From Thermotogota bacterium (GTDB lineage: Bacteria > Thermotogota > Thermotogae > Thermotogales > DSM-5069): a stretch of 64,000 nucleotides of DNA. The notes under the pieces were generated by a model. The model had not been told where the DNA came from. It did no database searches and was given only the letters and a program-made list of their open reading frames with translations. Location of the stretch: the NCBI GenBank assembly GCA_029551145.1, contig JAKPGA010000020.1, forward strand, positions 466 to 64,465, in the 5' to 3' direction. Both the position numbers and the translations under genes were made by a program. Positions 1-8,691 of the stretch are shown here, in pieces; positions within the stretch are counted from its first letter, which is position 1; each line of letters opens with the position of its first letter.

Positions 1-1
1 C

Positions 2-754
2 CAGAATCAGCAGTCTGTTCTGTCAAAACAGATTTCACAAGCCACTATACCTTTCAATACAGATATCTCCGCATCTGTGATTTCGCAAAAACTCCGTGCC
101 CAGATTTCTGGATATGAAAGATCGATGTACGATGTCTACAATGCGATAGGTATGATGAATGTTATAGAAGGCGGTTTGAACTCGATATCAACAAATCTTC
201 AGAGAATGAGAGAACTTGCAGTTCAGGCATCAAATTCAACCTTAAGCCAAGCTGATAGAAGTGCCTTACAAAAGGAATTTGAACAGCTTCAACAACAGAT
301 CAACAGGACTTCGCAGCAGACACAGTACAACAACATCGCCGTTCTTTCAGGAGAAGTGAAGAACTACCAAGTTCAAACTGGTCCCAACGAAGGACAGAAC
401 ATGTCAATAACGATCGGTGCTGTTAACACATCGACGCTCAGTGTGGAGAACCTGAATCTGAACAACATGGAAAACGCACAAAATGCGATCCGTCAGATAG
501 ACAAGGCATTGGAGCAAGTCAGTAACAACAGATCCTATGTTGGTGCAACGACGAACAGACTTGCGTCGGCGGCAAGAGAACTCTCAAACACCATGGCAAA
601 TATCACCTCGAGCGTGAGTAATTTGACAGACACCGATATGGCAAGATCTATGATGGAGTTCATTAAAGCACAGTTGTTAACTCGATCTGCAACGAGTATG
701 CTGAGCCATTCCAACCTATCTCGTTTATCAGTGCTCAGAATACTCGGCGCTTGA
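2..754 (+). CDS. Flagellin-family protein, short and divergent (5' end truncated by the window edge)
   Basis: Frame is open from base 2. Contains LQRMRELAVQASN, DRSALQKEFEQLQQQINR, IDKAL..VS..RSYVGA..NRL and DTDMA flagellin N- and C-terminal motifs. Confidence 0.9.
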   Translation, partial: QNQQSVLSKQISQATIPFNTDISASVISQKLRAQISGYERSMYDVYNAIGMMNVIEGGLNSISTNLQRMRELAVQASNSTLSQADRSALQKEFEQLQQQINRTSQQTQYNNIAVLSGEVKNYQVQTGPNEGQNMSITIGAVNTSTLSVENLNLNNMENAQNAIRQIDKALEQVSNNRSYVGATTNRLASAARELSNTMANITSSVSNLTDTDMARSMMEFIKAQLLTRSATSMLSHSNLSRLSVLRILGA

Positions 755-778
755 AGTGTTCGTAACAGTGTACGTGGA

Positions 779-807
779 GGGGGCAACTATCTGGTTGCCC
801 CCTTTTT
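779..807 (+). terminator. Rho-independent terminator after flagellin
   Basis: GGGGGCAAC-tatctg-GTTGCCCCC followed by TTTTT. Confidence 0.85.
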
Positions 808-939
808 GTTTTGATTGGCAGTTTTGCAATCAGATGGGAGAAGTTCAAGAAAATCAATGACTGTGAAAGTTGCAAAGTCCACCTTCTGAGTTTGCAAGCA
901 CCATGATTTAAGGATCTTTTTCATGTTTTTTATCTTAAC

Positions 940-968
940 TTGACAGAATTGATTATAATCATTATAAT
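940..968 (+). promoter_or_regulatory. Consensus sigma70 promoter of the GntR sugar operon
   Basis: TTGACA (940-945), 17-bp spacer, TATAAT (963-968). Confidence 0.85.
952..968. promoter_or_regulatory. Palindromic operator candidate overlapping the -10 (ATTATAAT-C-ATTATAAT; contains TTATAATnATTATAA)
   Basis: Perfect 8-1-8 inverted repeat read directly from the sequence. Confidence 0.55.
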
Positions 969-993
969 GAGTATAGTGATTGGGGGTGTTCAC

Positions 994-1725
994 TTGCCTT
1001 CAATGATTGATCCTTATTCAACAGAACCTTTGTATTACCAACTTAAGGAAGTCCTACGAAAGAACATACTCGCAGGTATATGGAAGTCTGGAGAACAGAT
1101 TCCAACTGAAAAACAGTTATCAGAAACCTTTGGTGTGAGTATCGCTGTTGTGAGACAAGCGGTGTCACTTCTGGTAGAAGAAGGGTTCTTAGTCAAAAGA
1201 CAGGGTAAAGGGACCTTTGTTGTAGATCTCAGAGTCAGGCAGGGTCCCAGGAAACTAACCAGTTTCACAGAAGAGATGTCGACTATGGGATTCAAACCAT
1301 CGTCGATGGTGCTTGAGAAAGGCATAAGACAGGCAGACGAGAAAATCAGTAGTGCTCTGAAATTGGAACCAAAGGCAAATGTAGTGATGATTAGAAGATT
1401 GAGATTTGCCAATAACGAACCGCTTGGCATACAGACATTTTATACCCCTGAGTATTTGGCTCCAGATTTTCTTGAGAACGATCTCACCCAATCTCTGTAC
1501 AAACTCCTTGAGACGAAGTATGGTGTTCGCATAGTGTCAGCCCAGGAGAAGTATTTTGCCACAATACTGGACAGATACGAGTGCAAATTGTTGAAAGTTA
1601 AATGGCCATTCGCTGGTTTCATAGTTGAGCGCGTGGCCTATGACTCAACTGGTACCCCCGTTGAATATACCGAATCGGTTATAAGAAGTGACAAGTACTC
1701 TGTGCAGATCAATCTGAGGAAGTGA
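994..1725 (+). CDS. GntR family (HutC/UTRA; NagR/DasR-like) transcriptional regulator
   Basis: PLYYQLKEVLR..I..G.W..GEQIPTE wHTH, VKRQGKGTFV and a C-terminal UTRA domain. TTG at 994 follows GGGGGTG; ATG 1003 is an alternative start. Confidence 0.92.
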   Translation: MPSMIDPYSTEPLYYQLKEVLRKNILAGIWKSGEQIPTEKQLSETFGVSIAVVRQAVSLLVEEGFLVKRQGKGTFVVDLRVRQGPRKLTSFTEEMSTMGFKPSSMVLEKGIRQADEKISSALKLEPKANVVMIRRLRFANNEPLGIQTFYTPEYLAPDFLENDLTQSLYKLLETKYGVRIVSAQEKYFATILDRYECKLLKVKWPFAGFIVERVAYDSTGTPVEYTESVIRSDKYSVQINLRK

Positions 1726-1729
1726 TTGG

Positions 1730-2614
1730 ATGTTTTTTGTGTGTGATGTGGGGGGAACGAATCTTCGAATGGCAGTTGTTGATGAAGAAGGTGTTATGCA
1801 CTCTAAGTCCAGATACCCCACACCAAAAGATTATGAACAATTCTTGCAACTCATAAACAAGGAATTCAGTGAAAGATCAAAGGAGTTTGAGATATCAAAG
1901 TGCTGTTTCTCGGTGGCTGGTGCGGTTTTTGGCGACAATCAGGTCTGGCTGCCAAATGTGTTTGGTTCCAAGCGGTACAACCTGATTTCCGATCTAAGAA
2001 AGAGCTTGGTAGGTGTGGAAGCCTTCGCAATAGATGATCGGGCGGCAGGATTGTTGGGAGAACTCTGGAAAGGATGCGCTGTCGGAAAAAAAGATGTACT
2101 CTACCTGATCGTAGGAACTGGCGTCGGTCTTGGAATACTTGCAAATGGTGTGCTGATCTCTGGTCATCAAGGTCTCGCTGGCTCAGTTGGGTGGATTCAG
2201 TTCGACGATCATCTAACGGGAAAGAGTGAAAACATAGAAAAATTGATCTCTTGCCCAGCGATTTTGGAGCGATTCAGAGTGGTGTGCGAAACACCGTTAG
2301 ACCGCACAGAAGAAGTCTTCGAGTTGTACAAACAAGGGCACAGCGGTGCAGAGGTCGTTGTCAAGCAAACCGCGACATATCTTGGAGATCTTCTTGCCAT
2401 TGTTGCAAACATCTTCAACCCACAGATGATAGTTCTTGCCGGGAGTCTGGCACTGCAGTGGGGTCTGTTACGGGCAATTACCAACGATGTCCTAAGAGAA
2501 AGGTTGAGCCCCGCTATGGAGCAGCCAGTTGTAGAGGCTTCATTTCTTGGTGAGGATGCACAGCTTTTTGGATGTGCAAAACACATACTAAAGTCCACAG
2601 AAAGGAGTGAGTGA
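1730..2614 (+). CDS. ROK family sugar kinase (no HTH)
   Basis: DVGGTNLRMA phosphate loop, GTGVGLG, NIFNPQMIVLAGS, LGEDAQLFG. Confidence 0.88.
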   Translation: MFFVCDVGGTNLRMAVVDEEGVMHSKSRYPTPKDYEQFLQLINKEFSERSKEFEISKCCFSVAGAVFGDNQVWLPNVFGSKRYNLISDLRKSLVGVEAFAIDDRAAGLLGELWKGCAVGKKDVLYLIVGTGVGLGILANGVLISGHQGLAGSVGWIQFDDHLTGKSENIEKLISCPAILERFRVVCETPLDRTEEVFELYKQGHSGAEVVVKQTATYLGDLLAIVANIFNPQMIVLAGSLALQWGLLRAITNDVLRERLSPAMEQPVVEASFLGEDAQLFGCAKHILKSTERSE

Positions 2615-3395
2615 ATTGTTGGCATTTGAGATTTACATCGAAAAGATCCAACAGATACTGGAGAAAATCAGAAGTGAGCAAAAGCAACAGGTTGAAAAGG
2701 CTGCAAATTTGATGGCCGAGTGTATCTTGAATGATGGTATGGTTCATATGTTTGGCAGTGGTCATTCGATTATACCGGTCTTGGATGCCTTCCCGAGGTA
2801 CGGAAGCTTTGTTGGAATAAACCCTTTGATAGATCCACGCTTGATGTGGTTCAGCCCGACAGGTCCAGCGAGTGCACCGGGATTGTTACTCATTGAAAGA
2901 AAAGAGGGTTACATCGAAGATGCATTTCTAAGATATCAACCGATCGCCAAAGGAGATGTTCTGGTTGTTTACTCACACGGAGGAGTTAATGCCGCACCGG
3001 TTGAGGTGGCTCTGTACGGTAAGAAGGTCGGCGCAACAGTTATCGCCGTACTCTCAATGGAAAATCAAGCGGTTGTGAAACCGACTCACAGCAGTGGAAA
3101 GAAATTGTCTGATATCGCTGATGTGATCATTGACAATTGTGTGCCACCCGAGGATGCCTTAGTAGATCTTGAAGGTCGCAAGGAAAGAATCGCGGCTTCT
3201 TCAACAGTAGCGGCGGTTGTTGTCACTATGTGTCTTGTGGCTGAAGCCGGTTCAATACTCCACAAGAAAGGAAAGGATTTGAAGATCTTTGTATCGCCGA
3301 ATGTCAAAGGGTTTGATGTGAATTACAACATAAAGATCTTTGATGAACACCAGAAAACGATATGCCAACACTATGCGAAGTTGAGGGGTGAGTGA
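2607..3395 (+). CDS. SIS-domain protein, UPF0309 type (SCO4393/NagS-like)
   Basis: FGSGHS, FPRYG, ERKEGY, SHGGVNAAPVEVA, IDNCVPPEDA and AASSTV motifs. Confidence 0.85.
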   Translation: MSELLAFEIYIEKIQQILEKIRSEQKQQVEKAANLMAECILNDGMVHMFGSGHSIIPVLDAFPRYGSFVGINPLIDPRLMWFSPTGPASAPGLLLIERKEGYIEDAFLRYQPIAKGDVLVVYSHGGVNAAPVEVALYGKKVGATVIAVLSMENQAVVKPTHSSGKKLSDIADVIIDNCVPPEDALVDLEGRKERIAASSTVAAVVVTMCLVAEAGSILHKKGKDLKIFVSPNVKGFDVNYNIKIFDEHQKTICQHYAKLRGE

Positions 3396-5553
3396 TTTGG
3401 ACACGTTCTTTCCTGTATCGGTGTGGTACGGACCTGATAGATCAAGGGCACCAATGGTTGGCAAAATCAAGTCGATGAGAGATACCGAGACAGAGATTGA
3501 AAGAATAAAATCCCTTGGCTTTAACTCGATCAGGTTTTGGTACGATTGGGCAACGGCAGAGAGAAAACCAGATAAATGGGATTTTTCAACGATAGACGCA
3601 CTCCTGACTATCACAGATAAGTTGAACATGAAGGCAATAGTCCAAGTCTACACAGATTCTGCGCCGAACTGGCTCGAGCGAGATTACCCGGATTCATTGT
3701 TCGTCGATAGATCAGGATTGGTGATACACTCTCAGGCTTCACCCGGATACTGCTCCGACCATCCAGTGGTGAGAGAACATATAGAGAAATTTCTTGAAAA
3801 ACTGGCTCAGGTTGTATCGTCGCATGATTCTTTCTACGCCTGGGATATCTGGTCAGAACCTCACATCGTTCAGTGGTCTTGGATAGATTACATAAAGGAT
3901 CCTTGGTTCTGCTACTGTGAGAATTCTCAGAAGAGATTTATTGAATGGCTCAAGAAGAAATATAAGACTATAGATGAACTGAACGATGCTTGGTACAGAA
4001 CACACGAGAGCTGGGAAGAAATAGTTGCACCAAGGTACATTTCTCTATCAAGTTTCAGAGATCTGCTTGACTGGATTCAGTTCAACATAGAAAAGATAGC
4101 AGATGACCTTGAATGGAAAGTGTCATCAATCAGAAAGGGTGATGGAAAACACACAATCTCAAGTCATGCGGCGATATCAAGTGTCTACGGAATACCCGGC
4201 ATCGGTTATGGTGCGTCCGATGACTGGAGACTTGCCGAGAAAGTTGATGTATGGGGCACATCGTTCTACCCGAAACACACAGGTTCATGGATGCCCCTTA
4301 AACCACATCACATGGGAGTCGCGCTTGACGCGAGTAGATCTTCCTGTGAAAGCCGAGGGAAACCATTCTGGATCGGCGAGTTGCAGACCGGTCACGGTGT
4401 CACCGGGATGAGATTTGGTGAACCCGTGGACAAATATGATGTCGAAAAATGGGCATGGCTTGCTGTTTCCAGAAATGCCAAAGGGTTAAACTACTATGCT
4501 TGGCTGCCCATGAGCTGTGGCTATGAGATCTCTGGTTTTGGTCTATCAGAGTACGATGGCTCAACAAATGAGAGGGCAGTTGCTGCCGGGAAGGTTTCGA
4601 AGACAATCACACAGAATATGGAGCTGTTTCTACGATCAAAACCATTGCAAGCAGAAGTGGCGATACTCTACAACATCGAAGCACACAAAGCCCTTGCCTG
4701 TCTGAGAGCAGAAAGCGCTGAGATCATTCGCAAAGATATGTTCGGGATGTACAAAGCGCTCATGAACTATGGTTGTACAGTTGATTTTCTGCACTTAACA
4801 GATCTGAACAAAGATTTGTCAAGATACAAATTGATAATACTCCCATTCTCAATCGCGATGACTGAAGAGGCCGCCAAAGCGATAGAGAAATATGTCGCCA
4901 GCGGCGGAACTGTGCTATCAGATGGTCGAATAGCCTGGATGAAAGACGATGGAACACTGTGTGAAAAGATACCGGGCCTTGGACTTGATGAATTGTTCGG
5001 ATGCGAAGAGCTGTGGATGAAAGAGGTGAAAGAACCGACAACATTTGAATCATTTGGGTTAACTCTTTCAGCTTGCAGGTACATCTCAACCTACAGGGTC
5101 AAGGCAGGAAAGGTTCTCGCAGAAATCAAAGAGCAGCCGTTGATAATTGAAAACAACTATCTTTCTGGGAAAGCCATCATGGTCGGTACACTGATCGGAG
5201 CAGGTTATGAGGAAACAGGAAATGTTAACAATCTCGAGTTCTTGAGACAAATCGCATCGCGGTGTGGTATCAAAAAGAGATATTTCGTCCAACAGAAAGA
5301 TGGCAGCACAGATGAACTTGAAGTGAGATTGGCAACTTCTCACAACGGCTTACTGGTTTATCTTTTCAACCACGGCAACGACAACTGCAGTTTTGATCTT
5401 TCAGTTTCCGAAGATCTTTTCAATGGTAGTTTCACCAACGCTAAGTGCTTGAACTATCCAGTTGAAATCTCTGTTGAGCGCGGCAACGCAATTGTGACGA
5501 TGAAAGACATAAAAATGAACGCCGGTCAAACGTTGGTCATTTGGTTCAAATGA
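3388..5553 (+). CDS. GH42-like (clan GH-A) glycoside hydrolase, beta-galactosidase-like
   Basis: GFNSIRF, WATAERKPDKWDF, acid/base WDIWSEP, nucleophile IGELQ, and a GATase-like trimerisation domain (YVASGGTVL). Confidence 0.88.
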   Translation: MSDLDTFFPVSVWYGPDRSRAPMVGKIKSMRDTETEIERIKSLGFNSIRFWYDWATAERKPDKWDFSTIDALLTITDKLNMKAIVQVYTDSAPNWLERDYPDSLFVDRSGLVIHSQASPGYCSDHPVVREHIEKFLEKLAQVVSSHDSFYAWDIWSEPHIVQWSWIDYIKDPWFCYCENSQKRFIEWLKKKYKTIDELNDAWYRTHESWEEIVAPRYISLSSFRDLLDWIQFNIEKIADDLEWKVSSIRKGDGKHTISSHAAISSVYGIPGIGYGASDDWRLAEKVDVWGTSFYPKHTGSWMPLKPHHMGVALDASRSSCESRGKPFWIGELQTGHGVTGMRFGEPVDKYDVEKWAWLAVSRNAKGLNYYAWLPMSCGYEISGFGLSEYDGSTNERAVAAGKVSKTITQNMELFLRSKPLQAEVAILYNIEAHKALACLRAESAEIIRKDMFGMYKALMNYGCTVDFLHLTDLNKDLSRYKLIILPFSIAMTEEAAKAIEKYVASGGTVLSDGRIAWMKDDGTLCEKIPGLGLDELFGCEELWMKEVKEPTTFESFGLTLSACRYISTYRVKAGKVLAEIKEQPLIIENNYLSGKAIMVGTLIGAGYEETGNVNNLEFLRQIASRCGIKKRYFVQQKDGSTDELEVRLATSHNGLLVYLFNHGNDNCSFDLSVSEDLFNGSFTNAKCLNYPVEISVERGNAIVTMKDIKMNAGQTLVIWFK

Positions 5554-5583
5554 TTATCCACCTTTAGATAGGAGGGGTGAAGG

Positions 5584-6876
5584 ATGAGAAAGTCGTTAGT
5601 TTTGTTACTCGTGGCTGTACTCAGTCTTGTCGGTATCAGCGGTCTTGCAAAGACGAAGTTGATCTTTGCTGTTCACTGGTCAGACTATCAGGTTGAAGGA
5701 GTCAAGGACGAAAAAGAGAACATCACGGTGAAAGGGTTAAGGCAGTATGTTGAAGAGTATCAGAAATCGAACCCAGATGTTGAGATCGAGATTCAATCTG
5801 TGCCATTTGACGATTATCTCAAGCGCATACTGATCAGTCATACTTCTGGTGTTATTGCCGATGTGTACGTTTTGTACTCGCTCTGGGGTGTTCAACTGGT
5901 TGATTCTGGGATCCTCGATCAAGTCCCAAAAGATATCGTCGACAAAATCAAGAGTAATTTCGTCAGAGCTGCCGTAGATGGTGCAACCATTGACAAGGCC
6001 ATTTGGGGTGTGCCAGTGGAAGTAGACAATTACGCTCTCATTTACAACAAAAAACTCTTACAGGAAGCCGGTTTCAATCAGCCACCAAAGACGTGGGATG
6101 AACTGGTCGCAATGGCACCGAAACTAACCAAAAAGAATCCCGATGGAACGATCGCGCAGTATGGTTTCGCCTTCCTCTCCGGTTGGGATTCTGCCGTTGT
6201 GCATCCATATTTGGCACTCTTGCACAGCAACGGCGGAAAAATGTTCACAGATGATTTCACAGAATGTTTGCTCACTTCAAAAGAAGCAGTGGAAGCCCTT
6301 GAAGCAGAACTCAAACTCTTCAAGAATGGTGCGACCGATCCAGCGGCAAGTGTGTGGAACTTCCCGGCAGGTAAAGTCGCAATGATGATAATGGCACCGT
6401 GGTATGAGACATCTCTGAAACTGGGGTTCAAAGATCAGTACGAAGAAACAGTAGGGGTTGCTCCAATACCCTATTTGAAAAAACCTGCGACGGCTGGATA
6501 CACCTGGTTCATCGCGGTTGACGCAGCTTCAAAGAACAAGAAAGCCGCTTGGGACTTCATCAGATGGATGACCCTACAGGATGCCGGTGGTTTCACCAGA
6601 ATGGGCGAACTGATGGCAAAGAACATAGGTGCAATTCCACCAAATAAAACAGATATCAATTACTTCAAAGGCGAACTTGATGATCTGTACACATCTGTTT
6701 TTGTTAAGGAATTGGAAAACACTTATCAAGAACCGAACGTGGCGCAGGGACAGGAAATCAAAACAATACTCATGAGAGAGATCATCGAGGCATGGAATGG
6801 CCGCAAGACAGCTGAAAAGGCATTGAGTGATGCAAAGGTGCAGATCGACAAAATACTGGCTGAGTTCTACAAATGA
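5584..6876 (+). CDS. CUT1 sugar ABC transporter substrate-binding protein
   Basis: Signal peptide, LIYNKKLLQEAG..PPKTWDEL motif. Confidence 0.93.
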   Translation: MRKSLVLLLVAVLSLVGISGLAKTKLIFAVHWSDYQVEGVKDEKENITVKGLRQYVEEYQKSNPDVEIEIQSVPFDDYLKRILISHTSGVIADVYVLYSLWGVQLVDSGILDQVPKDIVDKIKSNFVRAAVDGATIDKAIWGVPVEVDNYALIYNKKLLQEAGFNQPPKTWDELVAMAPKLTKKNPDGTIAQYGFAFLSGWDSAVVHPYLALLHSNGGKMFTDDFTECLLTSKEAVEALEAELKLFKNGATDPAASVWNFPAGKVAMMIMAPWYETSLKLGFKDQYEETVGVAPIPYLKKPATAGYTWFIAVDAASKNKKAAWDFIRWMTLQDAGGFTRMGELMAKNIGAIPPNKTDINYFKGELDDLYTSVFVKELENTYQEPNVAQGQEIKTILMREIIEAWNGRKTAEKALSDAKVQIDKILAEFYK

Positions 6877-6891
6877 AGGGAGTTTTCAACG

Positions 6892-7806
6892 TTGGCTTGC
6901 AAACTCTTTTCCAGTAAACGTAAATCCTTGGAGCGGAACACAGGGGCAGGGTATCTGTTCCTTGCCCCTGCATTGCTCTTCTACTCACTGTTTTTCATAT
7001 ACCCGGTGATCTTCTCTTTCATTGTATCCACAAAAAGATGGAACATGTTGGTGCCTCTATCCAGAGCAAGAAATGTGGGATTTTCAGAGTATTCTTATCT
7101 GCTCAAAGACGAGATGTTCTTGGGAGTCTTGACCAACACGCTGATTTACGCATTACTTACCGTTTCTCTGACGATAACAATTGCGCTCATATTGGCTGTT
7201 TTGATCAACGGTGCAAAGCTTTCGGTGCTATGGAGATTCATCTATTTTGCACCGGTCGTAACTCCACAGGTCGCCATAGGTACTATTTGGGGATACCTGT
7301 ATCGACCAAACAACGGGCTGTTGAATTCGATACTCAGATTATTCGGCATGAAACCTGTGTACTGGCTAACTGATCCAAATGTTGCTTTGTTTTCCATCAT
7401 CGCTACGGCGGTGTGGGCTGGCATAGGTGGATCAATGCTCATTATCACTGCCGGATTGAAGAACATACCACAGGATTATTATGATGCAGCCAAGATCGAT
7501 GGTGCCGGACCGTTCAGGCAGTTTTTCTACATCACAGTGCCTTTGCTTTCTCCAACTCTGCTCTTTCTAACTGCGACTGGGTTCATAGGTGCATGGCAGG
7601 TGTTCGACTTGCCATTCACAATGGGAAGAAATGCGCCTGCAAGAAGTGTCATGACTGTCTCATGGTATGTCTACGAAACGGCCTTTCAATCACTGAGAAT
7701 GGGAAGGGCATCTGCGGGGGCCTTTCTGCTGTTTTGTATCATCTTTGTTTTCACTCTGCTTATCCTCTGGATCTTCAAGCGTGGAGGGATCAAGGGATAT
7801 GAATAA
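6892..7806 (+). CDS. CUT1 sugar ABC permease
   Basis: YLFLAPALL, EAA loop IPQDYYDAAKIDGA, multiple TM segments. Confidence 0.93.
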   Translation: MACKLFSSKRKSLERNTGAGYLFLAPALLFYSLFFIYPVIFSFIVSTKRWNMLVPLSRARNVGFSEYSYLLKDEMFLGVLTNTLIYALLTVSLTITIALILAVLINGAKLSVLWRFIYFAPVVTPQVAIGTIWGYLYRPNNGLLNSILRLFGMKPVYWLTDPNVALFSIIATAVWAGIGGSMLIITAGLKNIPQDYYDAAKIDGAGPFRQFFYITVPLLSPTLLFLTATGFIGAWQVFDLPFTMGRNAPARSVMTVSWYVYETAFQSLRMGRASAGAFLLFCIIFVFTLLILWIFKRGGIKGYE

Positions 7807-8644
7807 AAAAGTGACAAAAATCTTCCTTGAGATACTGCGATACACGATAATTGTGTTTGGTGCATTCTGGATGATTTTACCTTTCTTTTGGCTTTTTTCA
7901 GCATCTTTGATGACTCCACAGGAATTGCTGTCGGATACTCCAAGATGGTTACCCGAAAGACCACAATGGGGTAATTACCTTCAGGTTCTGAAGAGAGTAC
8001 CGATATTCACCTATTACAAAAACAGCGTGATTGTAGCAACTTCTGTTACAGTTCTTGTGATTCTCACAAGTTCTATGGCTGGTTTTGCTTTCGCCAAGCT
8101 CAGGTTCCGTGGCAGGAGAATTCTTTTCAGTTTTGTTCTGTCGACCATGATGTTCCCCGTTTTTATATTTCTCATACCTGTGTACTATCTTATGAAATTA
8201 TTCGGTTGGTTGAATAGCTATCTGTCTTTGATTGTCCCGTTCGCGGTCAGCGGATATGGCATCTTTTTGTTGAGACAGTTTGTCATGACCATACCAGATG
8301 AGTTATTGGATTCAGCGAGGCTTGACGGGGCAAAGGAGTTCAGAATCTATTCAACGATTATCCTTCCTTTGATAAAACCAGCTCTTGCCACTCTGGCAAT
8401 ATTGACCTTCATAGGACAGTGGAATTCCTTTCTCTGGCCTCTCATTGTCACATCCAACGCTCAAAAACTGATCACACTGCCTGTGGGCATATCGAGGCTT
8501 TCTCTCGCGTTTTCAACTACTGAAACACAGCACCTCATATTGACGGCTCTCGTGTACCAGGTTGTGCCAATGGTTATCCTGTTCTTGTATTTACAGCGCT
8601 ATTATGTGAAAGGTTTTGTGCTCAGCGGTTTTTCGAATCTGTAG
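7799..8644 (+). CDS. CUT1 sugar ABC permease
   Basis: IPDELLDSARLDGA EAA loop, WNSFLWPLI; ATG 7799 overlaps the upstream stop. Confidence 0.93.
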   Translation: MNKKVTKIFLEILRYTIIVFGAFWMILPFFWLFSASLMTPQELLSDTPRWLPERPQWGNYLQVLKRVPIFTYYKNSVIVATSVTVLVILTSSMAGFAFAKLRFRGRRILFSFVLSTMMFPVFIFLIPVYYLMKLFGWLNSYLSLIVPFAVSGYGIFLLRQFVMTIPDELLDSARLDGAKEFRIYSTIILPLIKPALATLAILTFIGQWNSFLWPLIVTSNAQKLITLPVGISRLSLAFSTTETQHLILTALVYQVVPMVILFLYLQRYYVKGFVLSGFSNL

Positions 8645-8691
8645 TTCTTCTTGTCGGTCGCAGAGTGTATAATCACATTTGGGTGATGATG

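Noticed and set aside
870-897. TTGCAAA-N14-TTTGCAA inverted repeat upstream of the GntR promoter
   Set aside because: Short arms with a long spacer in AT-rich DNA and no second copy; cannot be distinguished from chance.
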